Positions 1-8,643 of a stretch of DNA of 35,266 nt are shown here, piece by piece. The notes under the pieces are model-generated. The model was given only the letters and a program-made list of their open reading frames with translations. It searched no databases and had not been told where the DNA came from. How positions within the stretch are numbered: the first letter of the stretch is position 1; every line of letters begins with the position of its first letter. The stretch is from a virus (taxonomy: Duplodnaviria > Caudoviricetes), in the IMG/VR virus record IMGVR_UViG_3300046170_000061, positions 1 to 35,266 of that record. One strand, written 5' to 3'. The position numbers and the translations under genes were made by a program.

Positions 1-24
1 AGATGAGTATTTTGAATATGGCAT
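1..24 (-). CDS. 5' part of a 41-aa basic protein spanning the window junction (MPYSKYSS...), continuing at 35266..35165
   Basis: ATG at 24-22 just after the AGGA/TAA end of the upstream ORF; 8 codons join in frame to an open frame at the window end. Confidence 0.85.
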
Positions 25-27
25 GAT

Positions 28-180
28 TTATCCTATCATAGTTTTCTTTTTTTTCTTAGGAAATCCAGCTTTCATATTTGCGTAAGCTGCATCAGAAATA
101 GTTGATTTAGATTTTGGTCTGGATGTTCCAGCTTTTTTTCTTTTGTTAATATTGTAATATAAACCTTTACTTGGCATCAT
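28..180 (-). CDS. Small Lys-rich protein (M)MPSKGLYYNINKRKKAGTSRPKSKSTISDAAYANMKAGFPKKKKKTMIG, not in the ORF track
   Basis: Manual translation; SD GAAAGGA at 190-184; start at 180 or 177. Confidence 0.85.
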   Translation of the reverse strand: MMPSKGLYYNINKRKKAGTSRPKSKSTISDAAYANMKAGFPKKKKKTMIG

Positions 181-190
181 TTATCCTTTC

Positions 191-220
191 AAAAACAAGG
201 GGAGCTTATGCTCCCCTTTT
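191..220 (-). terminator. Rho-independent terminator after the major capsid gene
   Basis: Perfect 9-bp stem AAGGGGAGC-ttat-GCTCCCCTT (197-218) followed by GTTTTT on the - strand. Confidence 0.85.
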
Positions 221-229
221 ATTTATATA

Positions 230-1103
230 TTACTCGTCACAAGCAATTTCGACAACTTTTTCTTCTTCCATTCTAGTTGCACCGATTGACATGCAATAGT
301 ACACCTGAGTAGAATAAGATTTGTCTGCTCTTTCATCAATACGAGCTGTTACATCCTTACCTACGGCAAGTTTGATAGCATCTTCTGTGAAAGCGTAGCA
401 AAGTCTATCGTCAGTGTTTGTAGCGTCAAAACTTAGTCTTGTTGAAGGAATGAACTCAAATCCTAAGAATGAGTTGATTGAACCTTGAGCAAGAGCTTTA
501 ACTGTGTTGAAGTCAGATGACTTAACTTCAGTTGTCGCTAATAAGTCTTGGATCTGCTTTGGTGAGCATACAATGTATCTCTTTAATGATGGATCTACAC
601 TTGCATTGTCTAAAAGAAACTTAGCTTCTAATAGCTTTGCGATTGTTAATCCGTCAGTTTGAGATGCAGAGAAAAGGCTTTTGACCAGATGGTAGAGCTA
701 CTGCTGTACCTCCAGCTACACCTGTATCTGCTGAACCACCTAAAGCTGAAATGATTACATCATCCATAGATCTACCCATCGCTGCAGCTGCTGCTTTAGC
801 GTAGGAAGATGTTGGATCAATAAGCATTCTTACTTTGTCCTGGTCGTCAATGAGATCAGCCCACTCGTAGTCAGCGAGTGAAACTCGTCTGCGAGAGTGC
901 GGCGTATCAATTTGCGGCGTATTTCCGTGGCGGCTTGTTCTTACTTGTGCTGTTACTTCACCAATCTGTTCGAAGAAAGCGTTCTTACCCTTGATTGTTT
1001 CAACATCAACAGCGTTTCTAAGTAAAGAACCCATTTGCTGTGAAAGCATAGTTACGTTATTGCTATACTGTTCTACAAATGCTGTAGTTATTTGTGTAGA
1101 CAT
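230..1103 (-). CDS. Major capsid protein (~290 aa), interrupted by a 1-bp insertion at 672-675
   Basis: ORF 654..1103 continues in the +1 frame (KPFSASQTDGLTIAKLLEAK...FLGFEFIPSTRL...ERADKSYSTQVYYCMSIGATRMEEEKVVEIACDE*) to TAA at 232-230; follows the scaffold gene; SD AAGAAAGGA; terminator downstream. Confidence 0.9.
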
Positions 1104-1147
1104 TTTTGTCTGTTCCTTTCTTAATAGTTGTTGTTTTTACTTTCTTC

Positions 1148-1242
1148 GATAAATTATCTCTTTCGAGTTTTATCTTCATTTAACATCTGATAGATGTCAG
1201 TCTTTCCTAACGTCAGCCAGAGTCCTATTCGGATTGTTCTGG
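1148..1242 (-). promoter_or_regulatory. Candidate structured cis-regulatory RNA (three hairpins) in the capsid leader
   Basis: Hairpins at 1242-1217, 1199-1181 and 1174-1148 (the last with a GAAA tetraloop). Confidence 0.5.
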
Positions 1243-2058
1243 ACTAATCCCATACTTCATATTCTGAAGCATGAAAACTTCATCAACAGCTGCTTGGTGT
1301 CCTGGATGTTTCTTATCCCAGTACGGAGTACCTGGTGCTGTTAATTTCTCAATCTCTCTTTGAGCATCATCTGGAGTCATTGTCAAATCATTTTCTGCGG
1401 TCATATTATCTTCAGAAAAGTTTTCTGCCAGTTGTGCCAGTGCTTTGATAAATTGAGGATCATTACCTAACAAATTACCATTTGCTAGTTTCTGATCTTT
1501 TAACTCTTGTGGGAAGTATGTTTTAAATACTGTATCAGCTTGTTGAACTTTTTTATCAAAAGCTAAACCCCAATCTTTTCTTAACTCAGACTCGGATGCT
1601 TCTCTTACTTGTTGCTCTTGAACTTGTAATTGCTCTTTTCCGTTTTCTGATAACTCACCATAAAAATTTAAAATCTTATTAGCCTGGTCAGGATTCAATC
1701 CTATTTGATGAGCTACGTTTTTAAATTCTTGTAAGCCTGGATCACTAGCATCTATTTTAGTTTCAAACTGATACTCATTAGGATCAGATGGTCTACCTAA
1801 CTTAGAATAGATAACTTCCCAATCTTCTTGAGTAGAATGTTTGCCAGGCACTGGTATTTTATCCATGCCAACCATTTTTTGTGCATGAACTAAACTCTTA
1901 GCCATATCACCAACATTAGTAAAATTTTTTAATGATGGTTCTGTTCGTAAATCCTCTGGTAATTGATCTAAAAAAGTTACACCAGGATCTATAGCTTGTG
2001 TTTCTTGTGTTACTTCAGATTGCTGTTCTTCTACAGCAGTTGTCTGTTCTTCACTCAT
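1225..2058 (-). CDS. Capsid assembly (scaffolding) protein
   Basis: Acidic helical protein between portal and capsid; LRKDWG and PYWDKKHPGH motifs typical of podophage scaffolds. Confidence 0.85.
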   Translation of the reverse strand: MSEEQTTAVEEQQSEVTQETQAIDPGVTFLDQLPEDLRTEPSLKNFTNVGDMAKSLVHAQKMVGMDKIPVPGKHSTQEDWEVIYSKLGRPSDPNEYQFETKIDASDPGLQEFKNVAHQIGLNPDQANKILNFYGELSENGKEQLQVQEQQVREASESELRKDWGLAFDKKVQQADTVFKTYFPQELKDQKLANGNLLGNDPQFIKALAQLAENFSEDNMTAENDLTMTPDDAQREIEKLTAPGTPYWDKKHPGHQAAVDEVFMLQNMKYGISPEQSE

Positions 2059-2267
2059 TTTTTCGTTTTCTCCTTAATTATATTTTTAATCATTAGTAAG
2101 ACAGATCTTTGTCCTTCTAGATATGCCATTTCTAATGCGTCTTTAGAAAAAGTAGTTGTGTTTTGGTGTAGTCTATTTTCCAAATCTTCTAAAACATTCT
2201 GTCCTTGGACAGTACCAAAAGTTGTTCTGTAGTTTTGAAAAAGATCGTCTAGCTGTTTTTTATCCAC
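2055..2267 (-). CDS. Small conserved phage protein (Bbp19-like)
   Basis: YRTTFGT..GQNVLEDL...AYLEGQRSV pattern; lies between portal and scaffold. Confidence 0.75.
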   Translation of the reverse strand: MDKKQLDDLFQNYRTTFGTVQGQNVLEDLENRLHQNTTTFSKDALEMAYLEGQRSVLLMIKNIIKEKTKK

Positions 2268-3843
2268 GCTGTAGTTCCTTCACCAAAGGTGCTACTTTTC
2301 CACCAGCTTCTGCCATCTGCATATCCTGTTGCTGTTGTGCTGCTTGTTGTTGTGCAGCTTGTCTTTGCTGTCGGATAGCTTGTACTTCATCCACTGATCG
2401 TATCACTTTAGATGGTACACCTAATACTTTTGCTAAGTGACTTACCATCTTATCACTATCAATGAAATCCATTACTGGACTCATTTGTGACATTGGAGTG
2501 ATAATCTCTAAGGTACGAAGTATTGCCTGGACATCTCCTTGCTTCTGCGATCTTGCTAATGGTGATACATATTCAATATCTATAGTTTGACCTTGTAGCT
2601 GTTCTGGAGCTGGAGGTAATATTCCTTTCCTTAGTAGAATATTAAAAGTTCTATTAATCAAAGGCTGTAACATCTCTGATTGTAATCTACCTAATACGGG
2701 TGCAAGTAATCTCATCTTTTCTTCATTACGCTGCATAACTTCAGTAGCTGTCATTTGTATATTTTGTGACATCAATAACTGATCTATGTAGTAGGCTTGT
2801 TTAATAGCTGTTCTTCTTTGTTCTTCAATATTTAAACCTAATGGTGTGTTTGCTCCAATATTTAATGGAGTAATTGTATCTCTTGATCCACTACGATAAA
2901 AATTTAATCCGCCTGGTTGTGTTCTTACAGGCAATACAAAAGAATCATCAGGAACTAATAAAGGGGGATCTACCATTTTCTGTGCAGCTTTAATTGTTGT
3001 TTCTGCCATTTTGTTAATCATCTTAATATCCGCTAGTGCGGTCATTGATGGTGATCTACCATATACTTCGTTACTTGATTTTAACCATCTCGGTACAACA
3101 AAAGGAAACTCATTAAATCCAGATATGTTTATGACTGTTCCATCTTCATCATAGTACAATGAACTATATTCCATTGATTTGTTATCCATCTTATAAGGAT
3201 TCAAATCATCATTTGGTTTTACACAATGATAAATCGTAACATCATCATGAGGTGATGTTTGTGCAATCTTCATTATTCTTTTTGGTAACTTGTCACCAAA
3301 CTGTTGATAAGCACCCCTTGCTGTCATCTTTAATTCACGATGGATTGTATCAACAACACCTTTGTTATTTTCTTGTATATAAATTTCTTTGATATGCCTG
3401 GTTGAAAATCTTATGAAATCTTTTTCATCATCTTCAATCATCATGCAGCCTGTTCCGAAGGCAACCATGTCTGTATACAGTTCATGTACTTCTTGTTGGA
3501 AGTTAGATCTGTCTAATGCCATATACATCACATCTGTACATGACTCTAACCATTCTTTATTTTCTTCTTGTCCAGAAACATCCTCATCTTTAAATCTCAT
3601 AGAGAACCAAGGAGTTGCCGCATTGGTTAACATCCCATGTAGTGATGATGATAATAATTCTAGTGCATGTAATGCTGTACCATCAAAAATTCTTTCTGTT
3701 CTTTTATCACCCCTGGATCTAGTAGTAGTTACATCAGCTCGTCTTGGTAAACAATAATCAGCTACTTCTTGCCAGTGACTTTCCCAATTCTGTCTTTTTG
3801 TTTTTAATTGACTAAACTGGCTTTTTAATTCTTTGCCTTTCAT
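2260..3843 (-). CDS. Portal (head-to-tail connector) protein
   Basis: 527 aa; WQEVADY, FGTG, YGRSP, TATEV and IEYVSPLA motifs of T7 gp8/Bbp21-like portals. Confidence 0.95.
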   Translation of the reverse strand: MKGKELKSQFSQLKTKRQNWESHWQEVADYCLPRRADVTTTRSRGDKRTERIFDGTALHALELLSSSLHGMLTNAATPWFSMRFKDEDVSGQEENKEWLESCTDVMYMALDRSNFQQEVHELYTDMVAFGTGCMMIEDDEKDFIRFSTRHIKEIYIQENNKGVVDTIHRELKMTARGAYQQFGDKLPKRIMKIAQTSPHDDVTIYHCVKPNDDLNPYKMDNKSMEYSSLYYDEDGTVINISGFNEFPFVVPRWLKSSNEVYGRSPSMTALADIKMINKMAETTIKAAQKMVDPPLLVPDDSFVLPVRTQPGGLNFYRSGSRDTITPLNIGANTPLGLNIEEQRRTAIKQAYYIDQLLMSQNIQMTATEVMQRNEEKMRLLAPVLGRLQSEMLQPLINRTFNILLRKGILPPAPEQLQGQTIDIEYVSPLARSQKQGDVQAILRTLEIITPMSQMSPVMDFIDSDKMVSHLAKVLGVPSKVIRSVDEVQAIRQQRQAAQQQAAQQQQDMQMAEAGGKVAPLVKELQRG

Positions 3844-4454
3844 TATTTCAATAGTCCGCCTTTCTTAGTTCTATCACCACCCAGTAATGTAGAATATGTT
3901 TGTACACCTTGGTCATACTTTTGCTGTGCTGTTAATTTTTTCTTTACATCTTCTTTACCTAAGATTGCCTTCATCGCCATACCTACTGGTGTACCACCTT
4001 TTTCTATCATCGCTGGTACAATGCCTTTTACTTTTCTAGGTTTCGGAGCGTACTGCATATAATCTGTTGTTGTTGTACCTGGAGCTGAACTTACACCTTG
4101 TCTTAAATATTCTGGATCTTTTGCTTGACCACCAAATACTGCTCTAGCCATATCTTTCCCTAACTCTCCAAATGTTGGTGCAGATGATATTATTCTTCCT
4201 GTATAGTCTGTTGCTTTAGCTCCTGTTTTTTTTACTGATACTTTTTTTCCTGTTGCGGGATCTATTCTTGTTAACCCTTTAACAGTACCAGTGCTTTCTA
4301 CAAACTGTATACCTCTACCTCTATCGGCTGCTGCTGCTAACTCTGCTTCTCTCTTTTTAGAGATCTCACCACCCGTCATGATGTTTGACATAAGCTCTTG
4401 CGTTTGAGCTGCTCTTTTTGTTTCTCTAGATTTGGTTGCTGATTCTGAACTCAT
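3843..4454 (-). CDS. Hypothetical basic protein upstream of portal, possibly virion-associated
   Basis: 203-aa ORF coupled to the portal gene; TLLGG near the C-terminus. Confidence 0.65.
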   Translation of the reverse strand: MSSESATKSRETKRAAQTQELMSNIMTGGEISKKREAELAAAADRGRGIQFVESTGTVKGLTRIDPATGKKVSVKKTGAKATDYTGRIISSAPTFGELGKDMARAVFGGQAKDPEYLRQGVSSAPGTTTTDYMQYAPKPRKVKGIVPAMIEKGGTPVGMAMKAILGKEDVKKKLTAQQKYDQGVQTYSTLLGGDRTKKGGLLK

Positions 4455-4455
4455 C

Positions 4456-4677
4456 TTATCCGCCTAACAAAGTTTTTCTATAAACTTCTGGATCTTCTTG
4501 AACACCTTTTTTAGATGTTAAAATTGTTTTTGAATAACCAGCTCTTTTCTTTTTCATTGTCTGCTTAATCATCTCTGTAGACTCATCTGGTAATTCTTCT
4601 TTTGTTGCCGCTGGTACTTCAGGCAAAGGTGCTGGAGGAGGCGGCGGTGGCGGTGTCTTTGGTCTTAAAAATCCCAT
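4456..4677 (-). CDS. Small Pro-rich/basic protein in the position of T7 gp7.3, ending RKTLLGG
   Basis: SD GGAGG precedes ATG at 4677; MGFLRPKTPPPPPPP start; between TerL and portal. Confidence 0.75.
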   Translation of the reverse strand: MGFLRPKTPPPPPPPAPLPEVPAATKEELPDESTEMIKQTMKKKRAGYSKTILTSKKGVQEDPEVYRKTLLGG

Positions 4678-4679
4678 TG

Positions 4680-5966
4680 TCAATCCCTCCCTAAAGGATC
4701 GTAGTTTAACCCCTCTGCAAATGTTTGCACAGGAGCATTGTTATTAAAATCCAAATCTCTAATTGCAACAGCTGCTGTTCGCCAGGCATCACAATAGTGA
4801 CTTGACCAATCATGGATCGGTTTAGAATACGTTTTTAATTTATCTAACCACTTACGATGATACCATCTCATCGCATCCAAAAATGGCTTACAGTTATCTC
4901 TATCAATATATGTACGATTTAGCAAGAGTTGTCCAGCATGGATGCCATCCTCTATCGGTAGCTTTGGACACACTCGTAGTGGTCGCATTCCCATACTAAA
5001 AGCATATTCTTTTCTACTATGACCAGTAGACATCTCCCTATGTTCTACATCATGTGGAAACACATAGTTGCGTATAGGATAATCTGTTTGTCTAATATAG
5101 TCCGCATAGTGATCTAGGCTTTTGTTATTATTACTATAACAGTCAACAACAACAATAGCTCTGTCTATAGGCTGCACGAATAATAAACTCGTATCATCTG
5201 ATATTCCTAAATCAAAATAAACATCTACAGGATAACCTGGATCAAAGGGATATTTACCAATTTGATTTTTGTTTTCCATCTTTTCTATAATCTTACCATA
5301 AACCGCACCGCTCACATTGGCTGTCCAGGAACATTCAAATTCCTGTTGATACTGATCTTCTGTCATCAGTTTTCTGGCTTCTTCTAATTCTGTCTTAGGT
5401 ACTAATCCTGTTTGACTAGCTTTATGAATAACTGTTAGCCAGGCTGCATCTCCTTTGGCTTTCTCATAAAGGTCGTAAAAGGAATTCATTCCTTGTGGAG
5501 TTCCTATAAAATAAATACTTCCTAATCTGTCCGCAACCGCTGGTCTCAAGATCTCTGGAAATAGTCTTTCATCCATCTGAGCATATTCATCACAAAAGAT
5601 CTCATCAAAGTATTGACCACGAGCAGAGTCAGGATTTTCACTACCAAACAGTGATACTCTAGCTCCTGTAGGGAAGTCAGCTCTTAGTTCTGTTTCGTTA
5701 AACTTCATACCCGGTATCTTGCGGGAATAATGTTTTAAATAATCCCATGCAATCAGTTTAGCCTGGACTCTAGTAGGAGCGAAGAATGCACCTCTAAATG
5801 CCTTTTTTTTGCTCGTGAGAGCCGATTTAATAAGATGGTTGATAGACATTACTGTCTTACCACCTCGTCTGTGCATCACGATTACAGCAAATCTGAATTT
5901 AGTTAAATCACTATGGAGCTTTTGTTGTTGCGGTCTAGGTTTGTAAGGTATTTCTATAGTACGCAT
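4680..5966 (-). CDS. terL: Terminase large subunit
   Basis: Walker A HRRGGKT, Walker B IFCDEYA, coupling motif IGTPQG, nuclease DLGISD and HYCDAWR. Confidence 0.95.
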   Translation of the reverse strand: MRTIEIPYKPRPQQQKLHSDLTKFRFAVIVMHRRGGKTVMSINHLIKSALTSKKKAFRGAFFAPTRVQAKLIAWDYLKHYSRKIPGMKFNETELRADFPTGARVSLFGSENPDSARGQYFDEIFCDEYAQMDERLFPEILRPAVADRLGSIYFIGTPQGMNSFYDLYEKAKGDAAWLTVIHKASQTGLVPKTELEEARKLMTEDQYQQEFECSWTANVSGAVYGKIIEKMENKNQIGKYPFDPGYPVDVYFDLGISDDTSLLFVQPIDRAIVVVDCYSNNNKSLDHYADYIRQTDYPIRNYVFPHDVEHREMSTGHSRKEYAFSMGMRPLRVCPKLPIEDGIHAGQLLLNRTYIDRDNCKPFLDAMRWYHRKWLDKLKTYSKPIHDWSSHYCDAWRTAAVAIRDLDFNNNAPVQTFAEGLNYDPLGRD

Positions 5967-6148
5967 TAATGTATTGTTTCCGTTAAGGATAGTAGCTCGT
6001 CATTGAAATCTAACGATAGATGTTCACAGATTGTTTGTGCAGCTTCAATCATACTTTTCTCGTCATCAAATTTACCAATAACTATTTTTATTTCGTTTGT
6101 TTTATTGTCAATGATTACTTTGGCGGTAATGTGTTTGTGTTCGTTCAA
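5966..6148 (-). CDS. Hypothetical protein (60 aa)
   Basis: TAATG overlap with terL. Confidence 0.6.
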   Translation of the reverse strand: MNEHKHITAKVIIDNKTNEIKIVIGKFDDEKSMIEAAQTICEHLSLDFNDELLSLTETIH

Positions 6149-6309
6149 GTGTCTTGATCTCCCATGTATTATATATACTCAGACGCACCCCACATTTTGG
6201 GGGTATCGGTCATTATAAATCTGTAAAAACTAGCCATTATTCTGAGTAAATCTTTGTTGTTGTTGTATAATTTGTATTATAAGCCACATATAGTGTTGAT
6301 TTTATTATC

Positions 6310-6765
6310 TTATTGGATGCTTTTCTTCTTATCATGTTCCGAAGTTCTTATCGTGTGTGCGTATTCGTCTGTTTTATGTTCTGTACTGGGATGATCTACT
6401 GTTTCTTCTTCCTTCCAAACAACCTTAATAATCGGATCACCTTCATTGACTACTGTCTGCTTATCACCAAATACGCTAACCAGCTTAGAAGCCATCCACC
6501 TCGCATGATGTAATCTTTCTCTGTTCCATTGTACCTGTTGTGGTTCACATTCTTTTGTTAATAAATCCATCATCCAATCCAACCAAGTCATCGCACCTAA
6601 TCTTCTTGCGTCTAATATCTGATCTTTAAACTTATTATCTTTCTTCATCCATTCGTGAACAGTGGACAATCCTGGCATATTTTTAGATCTACAAATAGAA
6701 GCTAGAGTATTCCCTAACTCTAATTCCTCAAGTATCTTTGCGTATAATTCTTTTGATTTCTTCAT
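6310..6765 (-). CDS. terS: Terminase small subunit
   Basis: N-terminal HTH (GNTLASIC...MPGLSTVHEW) and RWMASKL..FGDK, typical of Sf6 gp1-like TerS; upstream of terL. Confidence 0.85.
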   Translation of the reverse strand: MKKSKELYAKILEELELGNTLASICRSKNMPGLSTVHEWMKKDNKFKDQILDARRLGAMTWLDWMMDLLTKECEPQQVQWNRERLHHARWMASKLVSVFGDKQTVVNEGDPIIKVVWKEEETVDHPSTEHKTDEYAHTIRTSEHDKKKSIQ

Positions 6766-6964
6766 CTGTTTTGTTCCTGTACTGTATCAAGTTTCTATAT
6801 TGTTTCAACTTGCCTTCAAGCGTTTTTGCACCTGTTGATTTACCCCCATGATATCTACAAATCCATCTACCATTCTTGCAAAGTATTCCCTTAGCCTGGC
6901 ACTGCTTCCCATCATATTTTCTTCTTGCTTGACAAAATACTTTCTTACTTGGTCTTCCAACCAT
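6728..6964 (-). CDS. HGGxSTG-motif protein (Cys/His, zinc-binding-like)
   Basis: CQA...CQA...CRYHGGKSTGAKT.EGK. Confidence 0.85.
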   Translation of the reverse strand: MVGRPSKKVFCQARRKYDGKQCQAKGILCKNGRWICRYHGGKSTGAKTLEGKLKQYRNLIQYRNKTDEEIKRIIRKDT

Positions 6965-7626
6965 TATTTTTTTTTATATTCCTTTACAATACCCAGATAA
7001 ACAGCGTAATTCCATGCTTCCTCGCTTGTCTTAGGGTTTAGATACTTTTCTTTCCATTTAAAAGACTCGTCATAATTACCAGTTTTTTTAACATATCTTT
7101 GTCTAATGCTTTCAGGATCTAAATATTTCTTTTTGTTTCCGTCTACAACATCCTGATATTCAATTTTGAAACTTTTTGTTAAGTTAGCTAATATATTTTT
7201 AACTTCATCTTTTTTATTTTTATTACTACTAGACATATTTGGCGTGTGTTCCTTATTAGTTAATTGATTAGTTAATTCATTAGTTAATTGGTCTGCCAAT
7301 TGTGGCGTGTACTTTGGACAATTATGGCGTGTACTTTGGACAAATGTGGCGTGTGTTACATCATAATTTATTTGGTATTCTGTTGCTTTGCCTGTGTAAC
7401 CTTTCTTTAATTTAATTAAAAAATCATGTTTAATTAAATCGTTTATACCCCTTGAAACACTTCTTAAACTTAATCCGCTATCATCCGCAATTCTGGCATG
7501 GCTTGGGAATAGTTTCCCTGTTTTGTTGTTCTCTCTGTCTAAAAGAAAAAACATTACACGCCTTGAGGCATCATTTAATTGCTTTGATTGATTTACGATT
7601 TTTAATAGCTTCCATTTTTTTATCAT
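6964..7626 (-). CDS. Replication initiator (lambda O-like organisation, N-terminal winged HTH)
   Basis: FPSHARIADDSGLSLRSVSRGINDLIKHDFL HTH; iteron-like repeats in the middle of the gene. Confidence 0.75.
   Translation of the reverse strand: MIKKWKLLKIVNQSKQLNDASRRVMFFLLDRENNKTGKLFPSHARIADDSGLSLRSVSRGINDLIKHDFLIKLKKGYTGKATEYQINYDVTHATFVQSTRHNCPKYTPQLADQLTNELTNQLTNKEHTPNMSSSNKNKKDEVKNILANLTKSFKIEYQDVVDGNKKKYLDPESIRQRYVKKTGNYDESFKWKEKYLNPKTSEEAWNYAVYLGIVKEYKKK
7232..7354. repeat. Putative replication origin: four 16-bp iterons plus three AT-rich 11-mers
   Basis: G(A/C)CAwwtnTGGCGTGT at 7232, 7295, 7317 and 7339 (22-bp period for the last three); ATTAGTTAATT at 7255, 7267 and 7279. Confidence 0.8.
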
Positions 7627-7924
7627 AAATATTAAATTTTACCCTCCAAAATATGTTTAATTTACCTTTGTAAATACTTTGTCTTCTTCCTGTGTCTGTT
7701 ATTTCATTATTATCGTTAACAATTAGATCAGCAGCTAAAACAAAACATTCTTTATCTTCAGCGATCACCCAACCAACAGAAAAGCACTTGGCAAGACCTA
7801 TAAAACTTAATGGGAAATCTTTCCATCCTGTTTCATCTTCTTGGGGATCTTTCCATCTAAATATTAAAAGATCTGGATTACTCTTTGAAGAAATCAATGA
7901 CTTTAACTTTTCCCCTAGTCGCAT
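7571..7924 (-). CDS. Conserved-looking phage hypothetical protein
   Basis: WKD....GW...CFSVGWVIAED pattern; in operon between the HTH gene and the initiator. Confidence 0.7.
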   Translation of the reverse strand: MRLGEKLKSLISSKSNPDLLIFRWKDPQEDETGWKDFPLSFIGLAKCFSVGWVIAEDKECFVLAADLIVNDNNEITDTGRRQSIYKGKLNIFWRVKFNIYDKKMEAIKNRKSIKAIK

Positions 7925-8078
7925 TAACTATTTTTTTAATATTTTTTGATGATGGAGTGAACCCTTGACACCATCGTTGTACTAATCTAGCTGAATTGCT
8001 ATGCTCTGAAAAACCTAACATTTCCGCTAGTTTTCCATATGTATAATTATTTTTTGTTCTGTATTTTTCCAAATTCAT
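7878..8078 (-). CDS. Cro/CI-type HTH transcriptional regulator
   Basis: TYGKLAEMLG...VQRWCQG..PS...I...T.GKV...DF; first gene of the divergent arm. Confidence 0.8.
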   Translation of the reverse strand: MNLEKYRTKNNYTYGKLAEMLGFSEHSNSARLVQRWCQGFTPSSKNIKKIVNATRGKVKVIDFFKE

Positions 8079-8092
8079 AGCAATAATTTCTA
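8078..8092. promoter_or_regulatory. Operator-like imperfect palindrome TAGCAATAATTTCTA at the Cro-like start codon
   Basis: Matches copies at 8162-8176 and 10595-10609. Confidence 0.55.
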
Positions 8093-8143
8093 TATTTATT
8101 TTTAAAAATCAATTTATTTTATATTTTTTTTAGTGCGACAATA

Positions 8144-8176
8144 TTGACCATTGTATATAATTAGCATATAATGCTA
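8144..8176 (+). promoter_or_regulatory. Sigma70-type early promoter with an overlapping operator palindrome
   Basis: TTGACC (8144-8149), 17 nt, TATAAT (8167-8172); TAGCA-tataa-TGCTA (8162-8176) covers the -10. Confidence 0.8.
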
Positions 8177-8215
8177 TTACTATATCAATTAATTATATAA
8201 CGCGGAGGTTATAAA

Positions 8216-8641
8216 ATGAGTGCATATTTAGTAGAAAACGAAACTATAGGAAGAGTTATGAAAGCAATTGAAAAATCTGGCAGACATGGCAGAGAGTATC
8301 TTTTAATTGACGAACTAAAAAACGAACTTCAAAAAAATCCTATGAAAGTTTTTTTTAAATTATTTGATCTAAATATAAAAAGTTTACAGCAAAGATATGA
8401 AGATCAAAAAGACATAGTACCAAGTGCGGAAGATTACAAACAAGCAAAAAAAGTTTTCAATCAATCTTTCGGCATTTCTGATTATCAATTATTAAAATCT
8501 TTAAAATGCTATCTATATCAATCATGTGAAGGTAATTGCAACAAAAATGATCTTTATAAAGCTGTTGATTGTGTTTCTGATAACATATCAGCGGATATTA
8601 TTTCTACAATGTCAGAGTATAACGAAGCGAAATGGGGTTAA
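8216..8641 (+). CDS. Early hypothetical protein
   Basis: Strong SD GGAGGT; LKSLKCYLYQSCEG motif. Confidence 0.8.
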   Translation: MSAYLVENETIGRVMKAIEKSGRHGREYLLIDELKNELQKNPMKVFFKLFDLNIKSLQQRYEDQKDIVPSAEDYKQAKKVFNQSFGISDYQLLKSLKCYLYQSCEGNCNKNDLYKAVDCVSDNISADIISTMSEYNEAKWG

Positions 8642-8643
8642 TA

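Noticed and set aside
1996-3757. + strand ORFs 1996..2232, 2156..2440 and 3389..3757
   Set aside because: Antisense to well-supported scaffold and portal genes; implausible composition
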